A stretch of 64,000 nucleotides of DNA. Origin: Ranitomeya imitator (lineage: Eukaryota). Below the pieces are notes generated by a model. It worked only from the letters and a program-made list of their open reading frames with translations. It had not been told where the DNA came from and searched no databases. Below, one piece after another: positions 23,796-36,179 of this stretch. Numbering within the stretch: position 1 is the first letter of the stretch; each line of letters begins with the position of its first letter. Both the position numbers and the translations under genes were made by a program. The stretch spans positions 329,344,001 to 329,408,000 of the forward strand of contig NC_091287.1 in assembly GCF_032444005.1 (NCBI RefSeq), read 5' to 3'.

Positions 23796-26700
23796 CCCCT
23801 TTACCCTGAAGGGTGGTTTGCACGTTAATGACCGGGCCAATTTTTACAATTCTGACCACTGTCCCTTTATGAGGTTATAACTCTGGAACGCTTCAACGGA
23901 TCCCCGTGATTCTGACAATGTTTTCTCATGACATATTGTACTTCATGATAGTGGTAAAATTTCTTTGATATTACCTGCGTTTATTTGTGAAAAAAATGGA
24001 AATTTGGCAAAAATTTTGAAAATTTTGCAATTTTCCAAATTTGAATTTTTATGCAATTAAATCACAGAGATATGTCACACAAAATACTTAATAAGTAACA
24101 TTTCCCACATGTCTACTTTACTTCAGCACAATTTTGGAACCAAAATTTTTTTTTGTTAGGGAGTTATAAGGGTTAAAATTTGACCAGCAATTTCTCATTT
24201 TTACAATACCATTTTTTTAGGGACCACATCTCATTTGAAGTCATTTTGAGGGGTCTGTATGATAGAAAATACCCAAGTGTGACACCATTCTAAAAACTGC
24301 ACCCCTCAAGGTGCTCAAAACCATATTCAAGAAGTTTATTAACCCTTGTGGTGCTTCACAGGAATTTTTGGAATGTTTAAATAAAAATGAACATTTAACT
24401 TTTTTTCACAAAAAATTTACTTCAGCTCCAATTTGTTTTATTTTACCCAGGGTAACAGGAGAAAATGGATGCCAAAAGTTGTTGTACAATTTGTCCTGAG
24501 TACGCTGATACCCCATATGTGGGGGTAAACCACTGTTTGGGCAAATGGGAGAGCTCGGAAGGGAAGGAGCGCCGTTTGACTTTTCAATGCAAAATTAACA
24601 GGAATTGAGATGGGACACCATGTTGCGTTTGGAGAGCCACTGATGTGCCTAAATATTGAAACCCCCCCACAAGTGACACCATTTTGGAAAGTAGACCTCC
24701 TAAGGAACTTATCTAGATGTGTGGTGAGCGCTTTGACCCACCAAGGGCTTCACAGAAGTTTATAATGCAGAGCCGTAAAAATAAAACAAAAACTTTTTCC
24801 CACAAAAATTATATTTTAGCCCCCAGTTTTGTATTTTCCCGAGGGTAACAGGAGAAATTGGACCCCAAAAGTTATTGTCCAATTTGTCCTGAGTGCGCTG
24901 ATACCCCATATGTGGGGGGGAACCATTGTTTGGATGCATGGGAGGGCTCGGAAGGGAAAGCGCCATTTGGAATGCAGAGTTAGATGGAATGGTCTGCAGT
25001 CGTCACATTGCATTTGCAGAGCCCCTAATGTACCTAAACAGTAGAAACCCCCCACAAGTAACACCATTTTGGAAAGTAGACCCCCCAAGGAACTTATCTA
25101 GATGTGTTGTGAGAACTTTGAGCCCCCAAGTGTTTCACTACAGTTTATAACGCAGAACCGTGAAAATAAAAAATCTTTTTTATTTCCCACAAAAATTATT
25201 TTTTAGCCCCCAGTTTTGTATTTTCCCAAGGGTAACAGGAGAAATTGGACTCCAAAGTTTGTTGTCCAATTTGTCCTGAGTACGCTGATACCCCATATGT
25301 TGGGGTAAACCCCTATTTGGGCACACGGGAGAGCTCGAAAGGGAAGGAGCACTGTTTTACTTTTTCAACGCAGAATTGGCTGGAATTGAGGTTGGACGCC
25401 ATGTCGCGTTTGGAGAGCCCCTGATGTGCCTAAACAGTGGAAACCCCCCAAATTATAACTGAAACCCTAATCCAAACACACCCCTAACCCTAAGCCCAAC
25501 AGTAAACCTAACCACACCTCTAACCCTGACACACCCCTAACCCTAATCCCAACCCTATTCCCAACCGTAAATGTAATCTAAACCCTAACCGTAACTTTAG
25601 CCCCAACCCTAACCCTAACTTTAGCCCCAGCCCTAACTGTAGCCTTAACGTTAGCCCCAACCCTAGCCCTAGCCCTAACCCTAACCCTAGCCCTAACCCT
25701 AACCCTAACCCTAATGGGAAAATGGAAATAAATACTTTTTTTTAATTTTTTCCTAACTAAGGGGGTGATGAAGGGGGTTTGATTTACTTTTATAGCGGGT
25801 TTTTTAGCGGATTTTTATGATTGGCAGCCGTCACACACTAAAAGATGCTTTTTATTGCAAAAAATATTTTTTGCGTTACCACATTTTGAAAGCTATAATT
25901 TTTCCATATTTGAGTCCACAGAGTCATGTGAGGTCTTGTTTTTTCCGGGACGAGTTGACGGTTTTATTGGTAACAATTTTGGGCATGTGACATCTTTTGA
26001 TCGCTTTTTATTCCAATTTTTGTGAGGCAGAATGAACAAAAACCAGCTATTCATGAATTTCTTTGGGGGAGGCATTTATACCGTTCCACGTTTGGTAAAT
26101 TTGATAAAGCAGTTTTATTCTTCGGGTCAGTGCGATTACAGCGATACCTCATTTATATCATTTTTTTATGTTTTGGCTCTTTTATATGATAAAAACTATT
26201 TTATAGAAAAAATAATTATTTTTGCATCGCTTTATTCTCAGGACTAAAGATGACGTTTTCAGCGATACCATGGTAATTTATATCTGTCTTTTTGATCGCG
26301 TGTTATTCCACTTTTTGTTCGGCGGTATGATAATAAAGCGTTGTTTTTTGCCTCGTTTTTTTTTTTTCTTACGGTGTTTACTGAAGGGGTTAACTAGTGG
26401 GCCAGTTTTATAGGTCGGGTCCTTACGGACGCGGCAATACTAAATATGTGTACTTTTATTGTTTTTTTTATTTAGATAAAGAAATGTATTTATGGGAATA
26501 ATATATATATATATTTCATTATTTAGGATTTTTTTTTTTACACATTTGGAAAAAAATTTTTTTTTACTTTTTTACTTTGTCCCAGGGGGGACATCACAGA
26601 TCGCTGATCTGACAGTTTGCACAGCACTCTGTCAGATCAGCGATCTGATTTAGAGCACTGCAGGCTTACCAAGCGCCTGCTCTGAGCAGGCACTTGGTAA

Positions 26701-27111
26701 GCCACCTCCCTCCCTGCAGGACACGGATGCCACGGCCATCTTGGATCCAGGCCTTGCTGCAGGGAGGGAGGTAAGGAGACCCTAGCAGCAACACGATCAC
26801 ATCGCGTTGCTGCGGGAGTCTCAGGGAAGCCCGCAGGGAGCCCCCTCCCAGCGCGATGCTTCCCTGTACCGCCGGCACACTGCGATCATGTTTGATCGCG
26901 GTGTGCCGGGGGTTAATGTGCCGGGGGCGGTCCGTGACCACTCCTGGCACATAGTGCCGGATGTCAGCTGCAATAGGCAGCTGACACCCGGCCGCGATCG
27001 GCCGCGCTCCCCCCGTGAGCACGGCCGATCGCGTATGACGTACTATCCCGTCGGTGGGAATACGGGCCCACCCCACCTCGACGGGATAGTACGTCAGATG
27101 TCAGAAAGGGG
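23796..27111. mobile_element. Non-autonomous piggyBac-type element (3316 bp)
   Basis: Termini CCCCTTT / AAAGGGG; identical ATAA flanks (23792-23795, 27112-27115); internal ~390-bp repeats (near 24440, 24835, 25220). A second left end with canonical TTAA occurs at 37356-37360. Confidence 0.78.
25461..25714. repeat. Telomere-like hexamer tract (CCCTAA/CCCTAG)n
   Basis: 25661-25714 is 9 consecutive hexamers (6 CCCTAA, 3 CCCTAG), preceded by about 200 bp of degenerate units. Confidence 0.9.
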
Positions 27112-27139
27112 ATAATTGTGCACATAGTGTATATTTTCT

Positions 27140-27640
27140 CATGTAGGATTTCCCAAGGAGATGCTTACTGATAAGGATTACCAGTTTATGTTCAACTTGA
27201 TGCAGTGCCTTTGTAAGAAGATGCAGGTTCAACATCTTTCAGCTAATTCCTACCCTCCATACCATAAATGACTGATCTGTGGGAGCAATTTAATGGACCT
27301 TAAACTAAATACTAAAGATGTTTGTCTGGTCTCATTGATGCAATTGGTTTCTCCTACACCTTTAGTTGCTTACGGAGAGATACCAGAGGTCTCATCAGGA
27401 TTCTCCCCTTTTGAGCTCCTGTATAGCCTTTCTGTACACTAGATGTGATGAAGGAATCCTGGGAAGGAGAACTGTCCACTAAAGGGGAATCTGTCATAGA
27501 ATGTGTCATGAGTTTCAGAGAAAAAATGCCAACTCTGCCAGGATTGGTACAGGAGACCATAGAACAAGCCCAAGCCAGTCAAATGTAGTGATATGACCGT
27601 AATACAAAAAAAAAATTGTAAAGAGGGTCATAAAGTATGG
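27140..27640 (+). pseudogene. Old Gypsy integrase remnant
   Basis: Frameshifted translation gives VGFPKEMLTD...FM..LMQCLCKKM...QFNG...AYGEIPEVSSGFSPFELLY. Confidence 0.75.
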
Positions 27641-30308
27641 GTGCTAGTTGCAGTCTTTTTTATATATTTCATCTTCTCCCTTCTCTAATGTCATTATTGG
27701 ACTTTGTGGTGTCATGCTCTTGGATTCAAACCCTTGATTCTGTGGTCAGTGTCTCTTTTCCCTGAGCCATAACAGATACACACACAGATTTCCTTTGTGT
27801 TGTAGTTTTGTTACTGTGCAGATCTGAAGTTGTTGGTTGTAATAATCACCTAGGCAAGTTAACGATGCAACTATTTTTTATTCCTTACATCCATGGTTTT
27901 ACAAAAAATCCAGATAGATGGCCAAAATACAATGTCCTAAGTCCACAAGATCCCTTTTTTGTGGCCGATAGTCTCACTGCCCCATACCAGTCGGTACTCA
28001 CTGTATCCCAACTTTTGGTTAGCTCACAGATTTCGTATCTCCCGCCAGTATAGTCTGTAGTCAAAGTCAAGGCACAGCCAGAAGAAAAATAACACAACCG
28101 ACACCCATGTATCCAGGAGAAACAATCCTTAAGAAAGTTTGTGAAATCCAGATGACAGATCCCTCAAACATAGCAGGGATATCCAGCCCAGCTACCAATC
28201 TCCAAAACTCCATAGGCCATCCATCCAAGGCTCCAGGACCCAGCTTAGAATATCCTTTCCCTTCAACGTCACTCCAGCAACAACATTTCCTCATCAGTCC
28301 TCAGTACCCAAAGCCGCCTCCTGGAATTGAGCCCAGTCCATGGGAAACACTCCTCCTCCCAATGCATTGGTGGAGGTGTCTCACTCAGGCTGAGCTCCAT
28401 CATCTGGGATTGCATTTTAGACCCCCAGTAGTGATAGCTCCCCTGGGTCTACTATCCCCATCCACGCAATGGGACTAGTTGTGGGGAGCACAATGACTCG
28501 AGACCATGAGATTAATAAAATGATTGCTTATCTTTACCTTTAGCAATCCCCTGTGTGGCCTTAGGTATACATAAGATCAGCCTTCACGTCTTCCTCTGCT
28601 TTCTGTTGTGAGAGAGTGCCAGAGCTGTAGTTGTGGCTGAGCATATTAGATCTTGCGTGCTCTGGTCTCTTTTCACATGAAAAGACTGTTCTTTAATCAG
28701 TGTTCCTGTGTCTCTGTTCTCCATCTCTTGAGGTTCTCCTCCAGGTTGCTGGAGGTCTTCTCCATACGTTTGCACAAAAACATAGAAACAGTCCAGTTGT
28801 AACTTAAAATGCAAAACTTTACTTGTTTCTGTTCGCAGAACATCCTTATTTGATACAACAACAGCATAGGGTTCCATACAGTCCTCATTCTCCACTTTCC
28901 CTGCACCTCTTCAGTACATGCCTGGGTCCTACCATCACTACGCTCAGGGGATCCATTGTCTGTTTCACACTGGATCTGAGGGCATCAGCCCATGCATTTA
29001 AGCTGCCACATTATAGAGCCACCTGCATCCCCATACTGCTATGACTGCCGCTGTATCCTCTTCTTCACTACTGCTTGCACACTGCTGCTCAAGCTGTACT
29101 TATGGCCCCCATGGGCCCTGGATGGCTGAGCTTCTCGCTTATAATGTTACGGAGCTACTGGATAGCTCGGGCTCTAAGGCCCACCCAAGCTGTTCAGGCT
29201 CCCAAGACCCTCAGACTCCAACCAGGAAACTCTTGCTGCCTTACCCCAGCAAACTCCTCCTATAATCAACTATTTATTATATACCCATCTTGTGGCCCAA
29301 ATAAGGTACTACACTGTCCCTATACTATTATAGAGGAACACGATACATAGGGTATGAAACATTCCTATAACAACAAATGGTTAATAGACACCATATACGT
29401 AGGAAAACTAAATTATCTTTACACAGTGCAACCGGGATGTGCTTAAAGTGGTAGAGGCGTGTATCTGTCTTTGTGACCCCTTACACTGTCACTGAATGGA
29501 AACATAGATTCCTGAGGATGAACTGACAAGCAAGCAAATCTCTAATAAAACACAATAATGCCTACATAACTGGTGCTCCGTGCTGGAAAAATTCTGTAAC
29601 CCATAAACCATGGACTCCACTCTACGTCCATTCGTCCTATAGTCCTTAGTCCATGGCCAGCTCCTCACAGTTACCTTTACCTTTTGTTTTAGATAACAGG
29701 TGATTTTCATTTACTCTGTTTGTCTGCTGTATCACCTTTCAGTGCAGCTTTAAATACCTTCCCCTACTGTTGTTTCCTACTAGTGACAGACTTTGTTGGA
29801 TTCATTCACTTTGCTGTAGTTTATATTTTTTGCAGTTGTTTTGTTAGTGATCCCTTTATCTCTTAGGAGACTACTACTCTAGCAATCTAAGGAGCTGCTA
29901 CGGATATTCAGGGAAATCCGTCGTCGAGTAGGGGCGCCATTGCATTATCTTAGGGTGCCAACCTCCGAGGTCAGGTAGGGACAGACCAGGCTTAGAGAAG
30001 GGATTGTCATAGTCTGAACCGGGACCAGTCAGGTTCAGGTATTTAAAGGCACAGATGATTGGCCTCGGGGAGACCAAAACATCCAACACCGCGGAGACAC
30101 CATCACGTGTTTCTCAACGCAGTGATTCCAGAACACTGCCCCCATCCCTTATGGGAAATATGCAGATGCATGTAAAGAAGCTGCGGAGACACCATCACGT
30201 GTTTCTCGACGCAAGCAGTGAATAGCCAGGCCTTTCCCCGGGAAGGAACAACCACGGGAAGGGCAGCAGCCTATGAAGGAAAGCCACCTATGCCAAGCAT
30301 GGAATCCA

Positions 30309-30353
30309 TCCACAGACAGCTGTTTCGGGGTTTTTGCCCCTCATCAGTGTGGA
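30309..30353 (-). ncRNA. Type I hammerhead ribozyme motif (mirror copy)
   Basis: Exact reverse complement of 30388-30432. Confidence 0.88.
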
Positions 30354-30387
30354 GTAGGAATCTGGCTCCTAATAGCCAGATTCCTAC

Positions 30388-30432
30388 TCCACACTGATGA
30401 GGGGCAAAAACCCCGAAACAGCTGTCTGTGGA
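30388..30432 (+). ncRNA. Type I hammerhead ribozyme motif
   Basis: Helix I UCCACA/UGUGGA; CUGAUGA; helix II GGGG-CAAAAA-CCCC; GAAA; helix III C-AGCU-G (palindromic CAGCUG); GUC triplet with predicted cleavage after C30426. Confidence 0.88.
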
Positions 30433-30719
30433 TGGATACCATGCTTGGCATAGGTGGCATTCCTTCATAGGATGCTGCCCTTCCCGTGGTTGTTCCTTCC
30501 CGGGGAAAGGCCTGGCTATTCACTGCTTGGGTCGAGAAACACGTGATGGTGTCTCCGCAGCTTCTTTACATGCAGGTTCAGGTATTTGTCTCACTGGATT
30601 GTATGTTACCTGTGTGAATGTGCTATGGCAGTCATAACATGTGGCTGGTGCTCTACTCCTTGCCCTAGTTTTCGATTCGGGTGTGCAGGTATACTAGTTC
30701 ATGTGCACACGTGTGCCTA

Positions 30720-31530
30720 CAGTGGGGAACATAGGTATTTGATACACTACCAGTTTTGCAAGTTAGAGAGGTCAGTAATTTTTATTGTAGGCACACTACA
30801 ACTGCAAGAGACAGAAATTAAAAAAATGGAGAAAATCACATTGTACACATTGTACGATTTTTACATAATTAATTTGCACTTTATTGCATGAAATCAGTAT
30901 TTGATACTATAGAAAAACAAAACTTACTAGTTAGTACAGAAACCTTTGTTTCTAATTACAGAAGTCAGATGTTTCCTGTAGTTCTTGAACACGTTTGCAT
31001 ACAGAGAAGCAAGGATTTTGGCCCACACCTCCAAACAGATCTTCTCCAGATCTTTCAGGTTTTTGGGCCGTCACTTGGAAACATTGAGTTTCAGATTCCT
31101 TCTAAGATTTTCTATTGGGTTCAGGTCTGGAGACTGTCTGGGCCACTCCAGGACCTTGAAATGCTTCTTACAGAGCCACTCCTTAGTTGCCCTGGCTGTG
31201 TTTTTTTGGGTCATTGTCCTATCTTCAATGCTCTTACTGATGGAAGGAGGTTATTGGCCAAAATCTCGCAATACGTGACTCCATCCATCCTCCCTTCAAT
31301 ATGGTGCAGTCATCCGGTCCTCTCTGCAGAAAAGCACCCCAAAGTATGATGTTTCCCCCACCATGCTTCTTGGTTGGGATGGTGTTCTTGGGGTTTTACT
31401 CATCCTTCTACTTCCTTCAAACACAGCGAGTGGAGTTGATATTTTAGTCTTATCTGACCACATGACCTTCTCTCATGCCTCCACTGGATCATCCAGATGG
31501 TCATTGGTGAACATCAAATGGGTCTGGACA
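30720..31530 (-). mobile_element. Truncated Tc1 element (one TIR plus transposase 3' part)
   Basis: TA-CAGTGGGG terminus at 30720. Plus-strand text such as CCACTCCAGGACCTTG is the antisense of [14 protein letters not shown]. Ends at a (TATAGR)n microsatellite at ~31535-31570. Confidence 0.8.
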
Positions 31531-32213
31531 CCTAGGTATAGATATAGGTATAGATATAGGTATAGATATATTATATTATACATATAATAGTTTTTCTTGA
31601 GTATTTATTTAAATAATAAAAAATCATTCTCTACTATTTTCTTGGGCTTGCTTTGTCCTGTTATTTCTAAGAAAAAAATATTGAAAATTAAGAAGAAAAT
31701 ACATATAGAACAAAAAACCTAATTTAAAGAATAAGTAATTTTCTAATGACAGATTACCTTTATGCAGATGCTAGTAAACAATCATGCTGCCACTACACAA
31801 ATTATGCAATGCTTATGTTCTGCCTAGTGTGCTTAGTGTTCCCCTTTATAGAAGTGTAACTTATCATAGAAAAACTGAGAATTGGGATCACCTTCCCTAA
31901 AATGATAACATCATGAAAAATAAAAGCATGTTTTTGTATCCTGGGGAAAAATAGGCACATCATTTGCATCATAAGATTATATTTTGCATATTTGTAAATA
32001 CTTTTCTGTGATACACAGATTACAGGGTTTCATGTGATATACACACATAAAATAGCATGTTAGTTAATGTACAGTACTTAGGAACTAAAAATTGTCTCCT
32101 GAAGATAACCTTTAGTAGAGCATATGGATGTCATACAGAAGGTTCCTGCTTCGATACCACTTCTCGCAAAGTGAGTCAGAAGATTTTCACAGTTTTAGAT
32201 GATTATTATTAGA

Positions 32214-33952
32214 CTAGATGGTGGTCCGATTCTAACGCATCGGGTATTCTAGAATATGAATGTCCACGTAGTATATTGCCCAGCGACGTAGCATATTGCC
32301 CAGCCACGTAGTATATTGCCCAGTCAAGTAGCATATTGCCCAGTCATGTAGTATATTGCCCAGTCACGTAGTATATTGGCCAGTGACGTAGTATATTGCC
32401 CAGTCACATAGTATGTTGCCCAGCCACGTAGTATGTTGCCCAGTCACATAGTATATTGCCCAGGCACATAGTATATTGCCCAGCCACGTAGTATAAAGCA
32501 GAGCCACGTAGTACGGTATATTGCCCAGTCACGTAGTATATTGCCCAGTGATGTAGTATATTGCCCAGCCACGTAGTATATAGCAGAGCCACGTAGTACG
32601 GTATATTGCCCAGTCACGTAGTATATTGCCCAGCCACATAGTATATAGCAGAGCCACGGAGTATATTGCCCAGCCACATAGTTTATTGCCCAGCCACATA
32701 GTATATTGCCCAGCCACGTAGTACTGTATATTGCCCAGTGACGTAGTATATTGCCCAGCCATATAGTATATAGCAGAGCCACGTAGTATATTGCCCAGCC
32801 ACGTAGTATATTGCCCAGCACAGAGCCACGTAGTATAGAGACTTAAAAAAAAAATAAACATATACTCACCTTCCGAAGGCCCGTTGGAAGTCCTGCTATA
32901 CTCACCATCCGCCGCCTTGGCCGCTCCTCGCCACGCTCTCAGGACCGCTCCATTGCAATCAGCAGCTTCCGGTCCCAGGGCTGGTGTGAGCAGGACCTAT
33001 GATGATGTCGCGGTCACATGACCGTGACATCACGGCAGGTCCTTGTCGCACACCAGCCCTGGGACCGGAAGCTGCCGCTTGCAATAGAGTGGTCCCGGGA
33101 GCGTTGCGAGCAGCGGGAAAGGCAGCGGAGGGTGGGTATAGGAGGTTTTTTATATTTTTTTTTATTTTTAACATGACATATTTTTACTATTGATGCTGCA
33201 TAGGCAGCATCAATAGTAAATAGTTGGGGACACACCGGGTTAATAGAAGCGGTAACAGAGTGCCTTACACCGCGGTCCATTACCGCTGCCATTAACCCTG
33301 TGTGAGCGGTGAGTGGAGGGGATTACGGAGTGGGCGCCAGGCAGTGAGTGCAGGGGAGTAGGGGAGGGACTAATCGGACTGTGCCCGTCGCTGATTGGTC
33401 CCGGCAACCATGACAGGCAGCTGCCGAGACCAATCAGTGAATTAATAACTGTGACAGAAGGCCAGACAGACAGACAGAAGGATTGTGGCCCGATTCTAAC
33501 GCATCGGGTATTCTAGAATATGCATGTCCCCGTAGTTTATGGACAATGATGATTCCAGAATTCGTGGCAGACTGTGCCCGTCACTGATTGGTCGAGGCAA
33601 CCTTTATGACATCATCGTCGCCATGGCAACCATTATGACATCTACGTCGATACTGTGCCCGTCGCTGAATCAGAAACGTGGGATGTCTACGTCCTTTATG
33701 ACATCATCGTCGCTGTGCCCGTTGCTGATTGGTCGAGGCCTGGCGGCCTTGACCAATCAGACGTGGGATGTCTACGTCCTTTATGACATCTTCGTCGCTG
33801 AGCCCGTCGCTGATTGGTCGAGGCCTGGTGGCCTCGACCAATCAGAGACGCGGGATTTCCAGGACAGACAGACAGACAGAAAGACAGACAGACAGACAGA
33901 AAGACAGACAGACAGACAGACGGAAAAACCCTTAGACAATTATATATATAGA
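32214..33952 (-). mobile_element. Complete composite non-autonomous Helitron-like element
   Basis: Minus strand: A|TCTATATATATAATTG 5' end, (GTCT)n microsatellite, 20-bp minisatellite, ...CCATCTAG|T 3' end. Inserted between A and T with no TSD. Confidence 0.8.
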
Positions 33953-34909
33953 TTCTTCCATGCAATTTTGTTATGAAATTTTAGATTAGAGGAGACCTGT
34001 CACCAAGTCAAAAGTGACCAGTTTTTGCTCTTATCATATTACTGCTGTTCCCTTGAGTCTGTAATTACTATTTTTTTTTTAACTCCACCATACGGTTACA
34101 AAGATATGGGTATTTTTTTTTAGTGCTAATTTTTATGGTCTATACCAAGGGGTCATAGCTCACAGAATTATCCGGGGGGTGTCTTTTGGTTGCGCTGCAT
34201 AAAAACCCTGCGAGCACCGCCCCTTTAGAAAAAAGTACAAAAATAAGCACTAACTAAAAATTCTCATATTTCTGGCAGATTTTTTTTTTTCAAATTCCAT
34301 TTTTAGGAGATCAGTGGGAATAAAACAGCGAAAGCTGGCCACTTTTGTCATGGTTACAGTTCTTTTTAAGTTGAAAATATTCTATTATGTTTTTGCATGT
34401 TTTTATAGGTAGTATAGACTGTAGTAGACATCCTTGTATTGCCATAGGCGAGATTACAGGCTGTAAAGCAATTTATCTCTTGACCCTAAAGCTATGAAAG
34501 GGTTAAACAATATACTTCAATGATTGCATTCCTGCAGACTTCATCAATTATATCAAGTCACTTGACCTGTCTGCCATAAGCTCCAGCTTACCTTGTATCA
34601 AGCTCTTGTCAGATGCAATATAAATTTACATTACACATGTATTTAGTTAGCTCAGATGCAAGAGTCTGCTGATAAGTCGCATGGCAAACATGCACACATT
34701 ATTATCTATGAACTGGGGCTTACGGTCTTACTGAATGTAATAAAATCCTTTAGCCTCATAGTTTATTATTTTTACAATGCAATACAAAAAGTTCCTGCTG
34801 TGCATAGATCTTTCTGAAAAACAGTAGATCTAAGGCAAAATACATATTCGTTGACATATTATGAATATTCTTAAATCATAAATAATCTGTCTCATTGGGT
34901 GTCACCTTA

Positions 34910-35208
34910 GGCTACGTTCACATTTGCGTTGTGCGGTACAGCGTCGGCGACGCAACGCGTAACGCAAATATAAACGCATGCACAACGCAGCGTTTTGTGA
35001 CACATGCGTCCACTTTTGCATGGTTTTTGGCGCAGAAAAAACTGCATCATGCAGCATCCTCTGCGCCCTGACGCATGCGCCACAGTGACGCATGCGTCAC
35101 AAAACGCAAGTGCAACGCATGTCCATGTGCCCCCATGTTAAATATAGGGGCGCATGACGCATGCGTCGCCGTGGCTGCGCCCGACGCAACGCTAATGTGA
35201 ACGTAGCC
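34910..35208. mobile_element. Harbinger MITE (299 bp)
   Basis: TIR GGCTACGTTCACATT / AATGTGAACGTAGCC; TTA on both sides (34907-34909, 35209-35211). Confidence 0.93.
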
Positions 35209-36179
35209 TTAGAATGCTGTGTGAAGGACACGACACTTATAGAAATCAATGATTTATACTACTGCTGCCGAACCTGCATGTGCAATTATTGAGTAGGAAT
35301 TCCAATGGATATCAGACGTTGTGGCTGTGGGGCTAGTATAGAGCAATTCAAGGAAAAAAAATCTATGCGCTAAATATTTTTGCTACAAAACGATGAGTTT
35401 CGCCACTGAACCAATGCCTTCCTCAGAGTATAGCACCACAGTTTATTTTCATTTTCCCGTACTGATTAGGCAGAGCATTGCACTGCGGCTCATAGAAGGC
35501 AAACTACATAGTTACATAGATCTGTGGTTGGTAATATTTAACAACTGAGGATGCTTTTATGTAGGTGCAATGTCAATTTCCCACTACAAACTTTTCGATC
35601 TATAGGTACATATATAATACATTTCACCCCTTCACATCGCAGACCATTTTCATTTTTGCGCTTCTGTTTTTCACTCCCAGAGTCATAGCTTTTTTTATTA
35701 TTCCATCAATATGGCCATGCTAGGGCTTGTTTTTTGCAGGACGAGTTGTACTTTTCAATTCCACAAATTATTATTTTTTTTTCCCATGCTCACTAAATGC
35801 TAAAACTGACCTGCCATTATGATTCTTCAGGTCATCACAATCTCCTAGACACCAAACATGTCTAAGTTCTTTTTTATTTAACTGGTGAAAAAAAGAAATC
35901 AAAAATTAGTTAAAAATAAAAAATAATTGTGTCATATTCCGAGACCTGTAGCATCTCCATTTTTCATGACCTGGGGCTGGATGAGAGCTTATTTTTTTAT
36001 TTTTTGCATGTAGAGCTGACATTTTTACTTATACCATTTTGGTGTATATATAATCTTTTGATCGCCCGTCATTGCATTTTAATGCAATGTTGCAGCAACC
36101 AAAAAAACGTAATTCTGGCGTTTTCACTTTTTTTTCACTACGCCGTTTAAAAATTCAGATTAATTATTTTTATATCTTG

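Larger units (their letters stand above)
30167..30574. repeat. 408-bp near-perfect inverted repeat carrying two hammerhead ribozymes
   Basis: Arms 30167-30367 and 30374-30574 (201 bp each, about 4 mismatches by eye) with a 6-nt loop CCTAAT. Confidence 0.95.

Noticed and set aside
28584-28895. 103-aa minus-strand ORF
   Set aside because: No recognisable motif; it lies among decayed LTR-element remnants.
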